From: Auanema rhodensis
Taxonomy: Eukaryota; Animalia; Nematoda
Assembly (NCBI GenBank): GCA_964057225.1
Contig: OZ059899.1
Span: 19,096,001-19,160,000, forward strand
Reading direction: 5' to 3'
Length of the DNA: 64,000 bases
Shown here: piece by piece, positions 41,801 through 55,899 of the stretch
Layout: every line of letters begins with the position of its first letter
Numbering within the stretch: the stretch's first letter is position 1
Notes under the pieces: model-generated
What the model was told of the DNA's origin: nothing
Databases searched by the model: none
Seen by the model: only the letters and a program-made list of their open reading frames with translations
Translations under genes and position numbers: made by a program

Positions 41801-44800
41801 TTCAAAATTAGATTCCCCATGTCCATATTAGTCTAAAAACAAATTTTTATTGATATTGGTGCATGGTAACCATGACTTTGAAATTTACGTGAACTTTAAT
41901 TTATGCTAATTAAATGTACACGTGATGTGCACTTGGTATGTAACTCGCTTCACGTGAAAGATAAAGAGATGCAGTTATCAAAATTAGATTCCCCATGTCC
42001 ATATTAGTCTAAAAACAAATTTTTATTGATATTGGTGCATGGTAACCATGATTTTGAAATTTACGTGAACTTTAATTTATGCTAATTAAATGTACACGTG
42101 GTGTGCACTCGGTATGTAACTCGCTTCACGTGAAAGATAAAGAGATGCAGTTATCAAAATTAGATTCCCCATGTCCATATTAGTCTAAAAACAAATTTTT
42201 ATTGATATTGGTGCATGGTAACCATGACTTTGAAATTTACGTGAACTTTAATTTATGCTAATTAAACGTACACGTGATGTGCACTTGGTATGTAACTCGC
42301 TTCACGTGAAAGATAAAGAGATGCGGTTTTTAAAATTAGATTCCCCATGTCCATATTAGTCTAAAAACAATTTTTTACTGATATTGGTGCATGATAACCA
42401 TGATTTTGAAATTTACGTGAACTTTAATTTATGCTAATTAAACGTACACGTGATGTGCACTTGGTATGTAACTCGCTTCACGTGAAAGATAAAGAGATGC
42501 GGTTTTTAAAATTAGATTCCCCATGTCCATATTAGTCTAAAAACAATTTTTTATTGATATTGGTGCATGGTAACCATGATTTTGAAATTTACGTGAACTT
42601 TAATTTATGCTAATTAAATGTACACGTGATGTGCACTTGGTATGTAACTCGCTTCACGTGAAAGATAAAGAGATGCGGTTTTTAAAATTAGATTCCCCAT
42701 GTCCATATTAGTCTAAAAACAAATTTTTATTGATATTGGTGCATGGTAACCATGACTTTGAAATTTACGTGAACTTTAATTTATGCTAATTAAACGTACA
42801 CGTGATGTGCACTTGGTATGTAACTCGCTTCACGTGAAAGATAAAGAGATGCGGTTTTTAAAATTAGATTCCCCATGTCCATATTAGTCTAAAAACAATT
42901 TTTTACTGATATTGGTGCATGGTAACCATGATTTTGAAATTTACGTGAACTTTAATTTATGCTAATTAAACGTACACGTGATGTGCACTTGGTATGTAAC
43001 TCGCTTCACGTGAAAGATAAAGAGATGCGGTTTTTAAAATTAGATTCCCCATGTCCATATTAGTCTAAAAACAATTTTTTACTGATATTGGTGCATGGTA
43101 ACCATGATTTTGAAATTTACGTGAACTTTAATTTATGCTAATTAAACGTACACGTGGTGTGCACTCGGTATGTAACTCGCTTCACGTGAAAGATAAAGAG
43201 ATGCGGTTTTCAAAATTAGATTCCCCATGTCCATATTAGTCTAAAAACAAATTTTTATTGATATTGGTGCATGGTAACCATGATTTTGAAATTTACGTGA
43301 ACTTTAATTTATGCTAATTAAATGTACACGTGGTGTGCACTCGGTATGTAACTCGCTTCACGTGAAAGATAAAGAGATGCAGTTATCAAAATTAGATTCC
43401 CCATGTCCATATTAGTCTAAAAACAAATTTTTATTGATATTGGTGCATGGTAACCATGACTTTGAAATTTACGTGAACTTTAATTTATGCTAATTAAACG
43501 TACACGTGGTGTGCACTCGGTATGTAACTCGCTTCACGTGTAAGATAAAGAGATGCGGTTTTCAAAATTAGATTCCCCATGTTCATATTAGTCTAAAAAC
43601 AAATTTTTATTGATATTGGTGCATGGTAACCATGATTTTGAAATTTACGTGAACTTTAATTTATGCTAATTAAACGTACACGTGATGTGCACTTGGTATG
43701 TAACTCGCTTCACGTGAAAGATAAAGAGATGCGGTTTTTAAAATTAGATTCCCCATGTCCATATTAGTCTAAAAACAATTTTTTACTGATATTGGTGCAT
43801 GGTAACCATGATTTTGAAATTTACGTGAACTTTAATTTATGCTAATTAAACGTACACGTGGTGTGCACTCGGTATGTAACTCGCTTCACGTGAAAGATAA
43901 AGAGATGCGGTTTTTAAAATCAGATTCCCCATACACATATCAGTCTAAAAACAAATTTTTATTGATATTGGTGCATGGTAACCATGACTTTGAATTTTAC
44001 GTGAACTTTAATTTATGCTAATTAAACGTACACGTGGTGTGCACTCGGTATGTAACTCGCTTCACGTGAAAGATAAAGAGATGCGGTTTTCAAAATTAGA
44101 TTCCCCATGTCCATATTAGTCTAAAAACAAATTTTTATTGATATTGGTGCATGGTAACCATGACTTTGAAATTTACGTGAACTTTAATTTATGCTAATTA
44201 AACGTACACGTGGTGTGCACTCGGTATGTAACTCGCTACACGTGTAAGATAGAGAGATGCGGTTTTCAAAATTAGATTCCCCATGTCCATATTAGTCTAA
44301 AAACAAATTTTTATTGATATTGGTGCATGGTAACCATGACTTTGAAATTTACGTGAACTTTAATTTATGCTAATTAAATGTACACGTGATGTGCACTTGG
44401 TATGTAACTCGCTTCACGTGAAAGATAAAGAGATGCAGTTATCAAAATTAGATTCCCCATGTCCATATTAGTCTAAAAACAAATTTTTATTGATATTGGT
44501 GCATGGTAACCATGATTTTGAAATTTACGTGAACTTTAATTTATGCTAATTAAATGTACACGTGGTGTGCACTCGGTATGTAACTCGCTTCACGTGAAAG
44601 ATAAAGAGATGCAGTTATCAAAATTAGATTCCCCATGTCCATATTAGTCTAAAAACAAATTTTTATTGATATTGGTGCATGGTAACCATGACTTTGAAAT
44701 TTACGTGAACTTTAATTTATGCTAATTAAACGTACACGTGATGTGCACTTGGTATGTAACTCGCTTCACGTGAAAGATAAAGAGATGCGGTTTTTAAAAT

Positions 44801-45000
44801 TAGATTCCCCATGTCCATATTAGTCTAAAAACAATTTTTTACTGATATTGGTGCATGATAACCATGATTTTGAAATTTACGTGAACTTTAATTTATGCTA
44901 ATTAAACGTACACGTGATGTGCACTTGGTATGTAACTCGCTTCACGTGAAAGATAAAGAGATGCGGTTTTTAAAATTAGATTCCCCATGTCCATATTAGT
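32900..45000. repeat. Variable-length higher-order repeat (19-, 18-, 19- and 14-monomer spacings)
   Basis: AATCAGATTCCCCATACAC monomers at ORFs 34863, 38031, 41375 and 43839 (spacings 3168, 3344, 2464). ATGTTCAT at 34607, 37775, 41119 and 43583. ATGCAACT at 33493, 36837 and 40005 (3344, 3168). Confidence 0.9.
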
Positions 45001-48000
45001 CTAAAAACAATTTTTTACTGATATTGGTGCATGGTAACCATGACTTTGAAATTTACGTGAACTTTAATTTATGCTAATTAAACGTACACGTGATGTGCAC
45101 TCGGTATGTAACTCGCTTCACGTGTAAGATAAAGAGATGCGGTTTACAAAATTAGATTCCCCATGTCCATATTAGTCTAAAAACAAATTTTTATTGATAT
45201 TGGTGCATGGTAACCATGATTTTGAAATTTACGTGAACTTTAATTTATGCTAATTAAACGTACACGTGATGTGCACTTGGTATGTAACTCGCTTCACGTG
45301 AAAGATAAAGAGATGCGGTTTTTAAAATTAGATTCCCCATGTCCATATTAGTCTAAAAACAATTTTTTACTGATATTGGTGCATGGTAACCATGATTTTG
45401 AAATTTACGTGAACTTTAATTTATGCTAATTAAACGTACACGTGGTGTGCACTCGGTATGTAACTCGCTTCACGTGAAAGATAAAGAGATGCGGTTTTCA
45501 AAATTAGATTCCCCATGTCCATATTAGTCTAAAAACAAATTTTTATTGATATTGGTGCATGATAACCATGACTTTGAAATTTACGTGAACTTTAATTTAT
45601 GCTAATTAAACGTACACGTGGTGTGCACTCGGTATGTAACTCGCTTCACGTGAAAGATAAAGAGATGCGGTTTTTAAAATTAGATTCCCCATGTCCATAT
45701 TAGTCTAAAAACAATTTTTTACTGATATTGGTGCATGGTAACCATGATTTTGAAATTTACGTGAACTTTAATTTATGCTAATTAAACGTACACGTGATGT
45801 GCACTTGGTATGTAACTCGCTTCACGTGAAAGATAAAGAGATGCAGTTTTCAAAATTAGATTCCCCATGTCCATATTAGTCTAAAAACAAATTTTTATTG
45901 ATATTGGTGCATGGTAACCATGACTTTGAAATTTACGTGAACTTTAATTTATGCTAATTAAACGTACACGTGGTGTGCACTCGGTATGTAACTCGCTTCA
46001 CGTGAAAGATAAAGAGATGCGGTTTTTAAAATTAGATTCCCCATGTCCATATTAGTCTAAAAACAATTTTTTACTGATATTGGTGCATGGTAACCATGAT
46101 TTTGAAATTTACGTGAACTTTAATTTATGCTAATTAAACGTACACGTGATGTGCACTTGGTATGTAACTCGCTTCACGTGAAAGATAAAGAGATGCAGTT
46201 CTCAAAATTAGATTCCCCATGTCCATATTAGTCTAAAAACAATTTTTTACTGATATTGGTGCATGGTAACCATGATTTTGAAATTTACGTGAACTTTAAT
46301 TTATGCTAATTAAACGTACACGTGGTGTGCACTCGGTATGTAACTCGCTTCACGTGAAAGATAGAGAGATGCGGTTTTCAAAATTAGATTCCCCATGTCC
46401 ATATTAGTCTAAAAACAAATTTTTATTGATATTGGTGCATGGTAACCATGACTTTGAAATTTACGTGAACTTTAATTTATGCTAATTAAACGTACACGTG
46501 GTGTGCACTCGGTATGTAACTCGCTTCACGTGAAAGATAAAGAGATGCGGTTTTTAAAATTAGATTCCCCATGTCCATATTAGTCTAAAATCAATTTTTT
46601 ACTGATATTGGTGCATGGTAACCATGATTTTGAAATTTACGTGAACTTTAATTTATGCTAATTAAACGTACACGTGATGTGCACTTGGTATGTAACTCGC
46701 TTCACGTGAAAGATAAAGAGATGCGGTTTTTAAAATTAGATTCCCCATGTCCATATTAGTCTAAAAACAATTTTTTACTGATATTGGTGCATGGTAACCA
46801 TGACTTTGAAATTTACGTGAACTTTAATTTATGCTAATTAAACGTACACGTGGTGTGCACTCGGTATGTAACTCGCTTCACGTGTAAGATAAAGAGATGC
46901 GGTTTTCAAAATTAGATTCCCCATGTCCATATTAGTCTAAAAACAAATTTTTATTGATATTGGTGCATGGTAACCATGATTTTGAAATTTACGTGAACTT
47001 TAATTTATGCTAATTAAACGTACACGTGATGTGCACTTGGTATGTAACTCGCTTCACGTGAAAGATAAAGAGATGCGGTTTTTAAAATTAGATTCCCCAT
47101 GTCCATATTAGTCTAAAAACAATTTTTTACTGATATTGGTGCATGGTAACCATGATTTTGAAATTTACGTGAACTTTAATTTATGCTAATTAAACGTACA
47201 CGTGGTGTGCACTCGGTATGTAACTCGCTTCACGTGAAAGATAAAGAGATGCGGTTTTCAAAATTAGATTCCCCATGTACATATCAGTCTAAAAACAAAT
47301 TTTTATTGATATTGGTGCATGATAACCATGATTTTGAAATTCACGTGAACTTTAATTTATGCTAATTAAACGTACACGTGATGTGCACTTGGTATGTAAC
47401 TCGCTTCACGTGAAAGATAAAGAGATGCGGTTTTTAAAATTAGATTCCCCATGTCCATATTAGTCTAAAAACAATTTTTTACTGATATTGGTGCATGGTA
47501 ACCATGATTTTGAAATTTACGTGAACTTTAATTTATGCTAATTAAACGTACACGTGGTGTGCACTCGGTATGTAACTCGCTTCACGTGAAAGATAGAGAG
47601 ATGCGGTTTTCAAAATTAGATTCCCCATGTCCATATTAGTCTAAAAACAAATTTTTATTGATATTGGTGCATGGTAACCATGACTTTGAAATTTACGTGA
47701 ACTTTAATTTATGCTAATTAAACGTACACGTGGTGTGCACTCGGTATGTAACTCGCTTCACGTGAAAGATAAAGAGATGCGGTTTTTAAAATTAGATTCC
47801 CCATGTCCATATTAGTCTAAAAACAATTTTTTACTGATATTGGTGCATGGTAACCATGATTTTGAAATTTACGTGAACTTTAATTTATGCTAATTAAACG
47901 TACACGTGATGTGCACTTGGTATGTAACTCGCTTCACGTGAAAGATAAAGAGATGCAGTTTTCAAAATTAGATTCCCCATGTCCATATTAGTCTAAAAAC

Positions 48001-49399
48001 AAATTTTTATTGATATTGGTGCATGGTAACCATGACTTTGAAATTTACGTGAACTTTAATTTATGCTAATTAAACGTACACGTGATGTGCACTTGGTATG
48101 TAACTCGCTTCACGTGAAAGATAAAGAGATGCAGTTCTCAAAATTAGATTCCCCATGTCCATATTAGTCTAAAAACAATTTTTTACTGATATTGGTGCAT
48201 GGTAACCATGATTTTGAAATTTACGTGAACTTTAATTTATGCTAATTAAACGTACACGTGGTGTGCACTCGGTATGTAACTCGCTTCACGTGAAAGATAG
48301 AGAGATGCGGTTTTCAAAATTAGATTCCCCATGTCCATATTAGTCTAAAAACAAATTTTTATTGATATTGGTGCATGGTAACCATGACTTTGAAATTTAC
48401 GTGAACTTTAATTTATGCTAATTAAACGTACACGTGGTGTGCACTCGGTATGTAACTCGCTTCACGTGAAAGATAAAGAGATGCGGTTTTTAAAATTAGA
48501 TTCCCCATGTCCATATTAGTCTAAAAACAATTTTTTACTGATATTGGTGCATGGTAACCATGATTTTGAAATTTACGTGAACTTTAATTTATGCTAATTA
48601 AACGTACACGTGATGTGCACTTGGTATGTAACTCGCTTCACGTGAAAGATAAAGAGATGCGGTTTTTAAAATTAGATTCCCCATGTCCATATTAGTCTAA
48701 AAACAATTTTTTACTGATATTGGTGCATGGTAACCATGACTTTGAAATTTACGTGAACTTTAATTTATGCTAATTAAACGTACACGTGGTGTGCACTCGG
48801 TATGTAACTCGCTTCACGTGTAAGATAAAGAGATGCGGTTTTCAAAATTAGATTCCCCATGTCCATATTAGTCTAAAAACAAATTTTTATTGATATTGGT
48901 GCATGGTAACCATGATTTTGAAATTTACGTGAACTTTAATTTATGCTAATTAAACGTACACGTGATGTGCACTTGGTATGTAACTCGCTTCACGTGAAAG
49001 ATAAAGAGATGCGGTTTTTAAAATTAGATTCCCCATGTCCATATTAGTCTAAAAACAATTTTTTACTGATATTGGTGCATGGTAACCATGATTTTGAAAT
49101 TTACGTGAACTTTAATTTATGCTAATTAAACGTACACGTGGTGTGCACTCGGTATGTAACTCGCTTCACGTGAAAGATAAAGAGATGCGGTTTTCAAAAT
49201 TAGATTCCCCATGTCCATTTTAGTCTAAAAACAAATTTTTATTGATATTGGTGGATGGTAACCATGACTTTGAATTTTACGTGAACTTTAATTTATGCTA
49301 ATTAAACGTACACGTGGTGTGCACTCGGTATGTAACTCGCTTCACGTGAAAGATAAAGAGATGCGGTTTTCAAAATTAGATTCCTCATGACCATATTAG

Positions 49400-52300
49400 T
49401 CTAAAAACAAATTTTTATTGATATTGGTGCATGGTAACCATGACTTTGAAATTTACGTGAACTTTAATTTATGCTACATAAATGTACACGTGATGTGCAC
49501 TTGGTATGTAACTCGCTACACGTGTAAGATAAAGAGATGCGGTTTTCAAAATTAGATTCCCCATGTCCATATTAGTCTAAAAACAAATTTTTATTGATAT
49601 TGGTGCATGGTAACCATGACTTTGAAATTTACGTGAACTTTAATTTATGCTAATTAAACGTACACGTGGTGTGCACTCGGTATGTAACTCGCTTCACGTG
49701 TAAGATAAAGAGATGCGGTTTTCAAAATTAGATTCCCCATGTCCATATTAGTCTAAAAACAAATTTTTATTGATATTGGTGCATGGTAACCATGATTTTG
49801 AAATTTACGTGAACTTTAATTTATGCTAATTAAATGTACACGTGGTGTGCACTCGGTATGTAACTCGCTTCACGTGAAAGATAAAGAGATGCAGTTATCA
49901 AAATTAGATTCCCCATGTCCATATTAGTCTAAAAACAAATTTTTATTGATATTGGTGCATGGTAACCATGACTTTGAAATTTACGTGAACTTTAATTTAT
50001 GCTAATTAAACGTACACGTGGTGTGCACTCGGTATGTAACTCGCTTCACGTGAAAGATAAAGAGATGCGGTTTTTAAAATTAGATTCCCCATGTCCATAT
50101 TAGTCTAAAAACAATTTTTTACTGATATTGGTGCATGGTAACCATGATTTTGAAATTTACGTGAACTTTAATTTATGCTAATTAAACGTACACGTGATGT
50201 GCACTTGGTATGTAACTCGCTTCACGTGAAAGATAAAGAGATGCGGTTTTTAAAATTAGATTCCCCATGTCCATATTAGTCTAAAAACAATTTTTTACTG
50301 ATATTGGTGCATGGTAACCATGACTTTGAAATTTACGTGAACTTTAATTTATGCTAATTAAACGTACACGTGGTGTGCACTCGGTATGTAACTCGCTTCA
50401 CGTGTAAGATAAAGAGATGCGGTTTTCAAAATTAGATTCCCCATGTCCATATTAGTCTAAAAACAAATTTTTATTGATATTGGTGCATGGTAACCATGAT
50501 TTTGAAATTTACGTGAACTTTAATTTATGCTAATTAAACGTACACGTGATGTGCACTTGGTATGTAACTCGCTTCACGTGAAAGATAAAGAGATGCGGTT
50601 TTTAAAATTAGATTCCCCATGTCCATATTAGTCTAAAAACAATTTTTTACTGATATTGGTGCATGGTAACCATGATTTTGAAATTTACGTGAACTTTAAT
50701 TTATGCTAATTAAACGTACACGTGGTGTGCACTCGGTATGTAACTCGCTTCACGTGAAAGATAAAGAGATGCGGTTTTCAAAATTAGATTCCCCATGTCC
50801 ATATTAGTCTAAAAACAAATTTTTATTGATATTGGTGCATGGTAACCATGACTTTGAAATTTACGTGAACTTTAATTTATGCTACATAAATGTACACGTG
50901 ATGTGCACTTGGTATGTAACTCGCTTCACGTGAAAGATAAAGAGATGCGGTTTTCAAAATTAGATTCCTCATGTCCATATTAGTCTAAAAACAAATTTTT
51001 TTTGATATTGGTGCATGGTAACCATGACTTTGAAATTTACGTGAACTTTAATTTATGCTACATAAATGTACACGTGATGTGCACTTGGTATGTAACTCGC
51101 TACACGTGTAAGATAAAGAGATGCGGTTTTCAAAATTAGATTCCCCATGTCCATATTAGTCTAAAAACAAATTTTTATTGATATTGGTGCATGGTAACCA
51201 TGACTTTGAAATTTACGTGAACTTTAATTTATGCTAATTAAACGTACACGTGGTGTGCACTCGCTATGTAACTCGCTTCACGTGTAAGATAAAGAGATGC
51301 GGTTTTCAAAATTAGATTCCCCATGTCCATATTAGTCTAAAAACAAATTTTTATTGATATTGGTGCATGGTAACCATGATTTTGAAATTTACGTGAACTT
51401 TAATTTATGCTAATTAAATGTACACGTGGTGTGCACTCGGTATGTAACTCGCTTCACGTGAAAGATAAAGAGATGCAGTTATCAAAATTAGATTCCCCAT
51501 GTCCATATTAGTCTAAAAACAAATTTTTATTGATATTGGTGCATGGTAACCATGACTTTGAAATTTACGTGAACTTTAATTTATGCTAATTAAACGTACA
51601 CGTGGTGTGCACTCGGTATGTAACTCGCTTCACGTGAAAGATAAAGAGATGCGGTTTTTAAAATTAGATTCCCCATGTCCATATTAGTCTAAAAACAATT
51701 TTTTACTGATATTGGTGCATGGTAACCATGATTTTGAAATTTACGTGAACTTTAATTTATGCTAATTAAACGTACACGTGATGTGCACTTGGTATGTAAC
51801 TCGCTTCACGTGAAAGATAAAGAGATGCGGTTTTTAAAATTAGATTCCCCATGTCCATATTAGTCTAAAAACAATTTTTTACTGATATTGGTGCATGGTA
51901 ACCATGACTTTGAAATTTACGTGAACTTTAATTTATGCTAATTAAACGTACACGTGGTGTGCACTCGGTATGTAACTCGCTTCACGTGTAAGATAAAGAG
52001 ATGCGGTTTTCAAAATTAGATTCCCCATGTCCATATTAGTCTAAAAACAAATTTTTATTGATATTGGTGCATGGTAACCATGATTTTGAAATTTACGTGA
52101 ACTTTAATTTATGCTAATTAAACGTACACGTGATGTGCACTTGGTATGTAACTCGCTTCACGTGAAAGATAAAGAGATGCGGTTTTTAAAATTAGATTCC
52201 CCATGTCCATATTAGTCTAAAAACAATTTTTTACTGATATTGGTGCATGGTAACCATGATTTTGAAATTTACGTGAACTTTAATTTATGCTAATTAAACG

Positions 52301-53400
52301 TACACGTGGTGTGCACTCGGTATGTAACTCGCTTCACGTGAAAGATAAAGAGATGCGGTTTTCAAAATTAGATTCCCCATGTCCATATTAGTCTAAAAAC
52401 AAATTTTTATTGATATTGGTGCATGGTAACCATGACTTTGAAATTTACGTGAACTTTAATTTATGCTACATAAATGTACACGTGATGTGCACTTGGTATG
52501 TAACTCGCTACACGTGTAAGATAAAGAGATGCGGTTTTTAAAATTAGATTCCCCATGTCCATATTAGTCTAAAAACAATTTTTTACTGATATTGGTGCAT
52601 GGTAACCATGATTTTGAAATTTACGTGAACTTTAATTTATGCTAATTAAACGTACACGTGGTGTGCACTCGGTATGTAACTCGCTTCACGTGAAAGATAA
52701 AGAGATGCGGTTTTCAAAATTAGATTCCTCATGTCCATATTAGTCTAAAAACAAATTTTTTTTGATATTGGTGCATGGTAACCATGACTTTGAAATTTAC
52801 GTGAACTTTAATTTATGCTACATAAATGTACACGTGATGTGCACTTGGTATGTAACTCGCTACACGTGTAAGATAAAGAGATGCGGTTTTCAAAATTAGA
52901 TTCCCCATGTCCATATTAGTCTAAAAACAAATTTTTATTGATATTGGTGCATGGTAACCATGACTTTGAAATTTACGTGAACTTTAATTTATGCTAATTA
53001 AACGTACACGTGGTGTGCACTCGCTATGTAACTCGCTTCACGTGTAAGATAAAGAGATGCGGTTTTCAAAATTAGATTCCCCATGTCCATATTAGTCTAA
53101 AAACAAATTTTTATTGATATTGGTGCATGGTAACCATGATTTTGAAATTTACGTGAACTTTAATTTATGCTAATTAAATGTACACGTGGTGTGCACTCGG
53201 TATGTAACTCGCTTCACGTGAAAGATAAAGAGATGCAGTTATCAAAATTAGATTCCCCATGTCCATATTAGTCTAAAAACAAATTTTTATTGATATTGGT
53301 GCATGGTAACCATGACTTTGAAATTTACGTGAACTTTAATTTATGCTAATTAAACGTACACGTGGTGTGCACTCGGTATGTAACTCGCTTCACGTGAAAG
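49400..53400. repeat. 9/10-monomer higher-order repeat
   Basis: TACATAA at 49475/51059 and 50883/52467 (1584 = 9x176). TTCCTCATG at 50969/52729 and TCGCTATG at 51264/53024 (1760 = 10x176). Confidence 0.78.
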
Positions 53401-55899
53401 ATAAAGAGATGCAGTTATCAAAATTAGATTCCCCATGTCCATATTAGTCTAAAAACAAATTTTTATTGATATTGGTGCATGGTAACCATGACTTTGAAAT
53501 TTACGTGAACTTTAATTTATGCTAATTAAACGTACACGTGGTGTGCACTCGGTATGTAACTCGCTTCACGTGAAAGATAAAGAGATGCGGTTTTTAAAAT
53601 TAGATTCCCCATGTCCATATTAGTCTAAAAACAATTTTTTACTGATATTGGTGCATGGTAACCATGATTTTGAAATTTACGTGAACTTTAATTTATGCTA
53701 ATTTAACGTACACGTGGTGTGCACTCGGTATGTAACTCGCTTCACGTGAAAGATAAAGAGATGCGGTTTTCAAAATTAGATTCCCCATGTCCATATTAGT
53801 CTAAAAACAAATTTTTATTGATATTGGTGCATGGTAACCATGACTTTGAAATTTACGTGAACTTTAATTTATGCTAATTAAACGTACACGTGGTGTGCAC
53901 TCGGTATGTAACTCGCTTCACGTGAAAGATAAAGAGATGCGGTTTTCAAAATTAGATTCCCCATGTCCATATTAGTCTAAAAACAAATTTTTTTTGATAT
54001 TGGTGCATGGTAACCATGATTTTGAAATTTACGTGAACTTTAATTTATGCTAATTAAATGTACACGTGATGTGCACTCGGTATGTAACTCGCTTCACGTG
54101 AAAGATGAAGAGATGCGGTTTTCAAAATTAGATTCCCCATGTCCATATTAGTCTAAAAACAAATTTTTTTTGATATTGGTGCATGGTAATCATGACTTTG
54201 AATTTTACGTGAACTTTAATTTATGCTAATTAAACGTACACGTGGTGTGCACTCGGTATGTAACTCGCTTCACGTGAAAGATAAAGAGATGCGGTTTTCA
54301 AAATTAGATTCCCCATGTCCATATTAGTCTAAAAACAAATTTTTATTGATATTGGTGCATGGTAACCATGACTTTGAAATTTACGTGAACTTTAATTTAT
54401 GCTACATAAATGTACACGTGATGTGCACTTGGTATGTAACTCGCTTCACGTGAAAGATAAAAAGATGCGCTTTTTAAAATTAGATTCCCCATGTCCATAT
54501 TAGTCTAAAAACAATTTTTTACTGATATTGGTGCATGGTAACCATGACTTTAAAATTTACGTGAACTTTAATTTATGCTAATTAAACGTACACGTGGTGT
54601 GCACTCGGTATGTAACTCGCTTCATGTGTAAGATAAAGAGATGCGGTTTTCAAAATTAGATTCCCCATGTCCATATTAGTCTAAAAACAAATTTTTATTG
54701 ATATTGGTGCATGGTAACCATGACTTTGAAATTTACGTGAACTTTAATTTATGCTAATTAAACGTACACGTGGTGTGCACTCGGTATGTAACTCGCTTCA
54801 CGTGTAAGATAAAGAGATGCGGTTTTCAAAATTAGATTCCCCATGTCCATATTAGTCTAAAAACAAATTTTTATTGATATTGGTGCATGGTAACCATGAT
54901 TTTGAAATTTACGTGAACTTTAATTTATGCTAATTAAATGTACACGTGGTGTGCACTCGGTATGTAACTCGCTTCACGTGAAAGATAAAGAGATGCAGTT
55001 ATCAAAATTAGATTCCCCATGTCCATATTAGTCTAAAAACAAATTTTTATTGATATTGGTGCATGGTAACCATGACTTTGAAATTTACGTGAACTTTAAT
55101 TTATGCTAATTAAACTTACACGTGTTGTGCACTCGGTATGTAACTCGCTTCACGTGGAAGATAAAGAGATGCGGTTTTCAAAATTAGATTCTTCATGTCC
55201 ATATTAGTCTAAAAACAATTTTTTACTGATATTGGTGCATGGTAACCATGATTTTGAAATTTACGTGAACTTTAATTTATGCTAATTAAACGTACACGTG
55301 ATGTGCACTTGGTATGTAACTCGCTTCACGTGAAAGATAAAGAGATGCGGTTTTTAAAATTAGATTCCGCATGTCCATATTAGTCTAAAAACAATTTTTT
55401 ACTGATATTGGTGCATGGTAACCATGATTTTGAAATTTACGTGAACTTTAATTTATGCTAATTAAACGTACACGTGGTGTGCACTCGGTATGTAACTCGC
55501 TTCACGTGAAAGATAAAGAGAAGCGGTTTTCAAAATTAGATTCCCCATGTCCATATTAGTCTAAAAACAAATTTTTTTTGATATTGGTGCATGGTAACCA
55601 TGATTTTGAAATTTACGTGAACTTTAATTTATGCTAATTAAATGTACACGTGGTGTGCACTCGGTATGTAACTCGCTTCACGTGAAAGATAAAGAGATGC
55701 GGTTTTCAAAATTAGATTCCCCATGTCCATATTAGTCTAAAAACAAATTTTTATTGATATTGGTGCATGGTAACCATGACTTTGAATTTTACGTGAACTT
55801 TAATTTATGCTAATTAAACGTACACGTGGTGTGCACTCGGTATGTAACTCGCTTCACGTGAAAGATAAAGAGATGCGGTTTTCAAAATTAGATTCCCCA

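Noticed and set aside
16560-47365. 60-aa ORFs (MLIKRTRG...)
   Set aside because: They appear only where a substitution removes the consensus TAG (11 of about 270 monomers), and 176 is not a multiple of 3. They are useful only as HOR markers.
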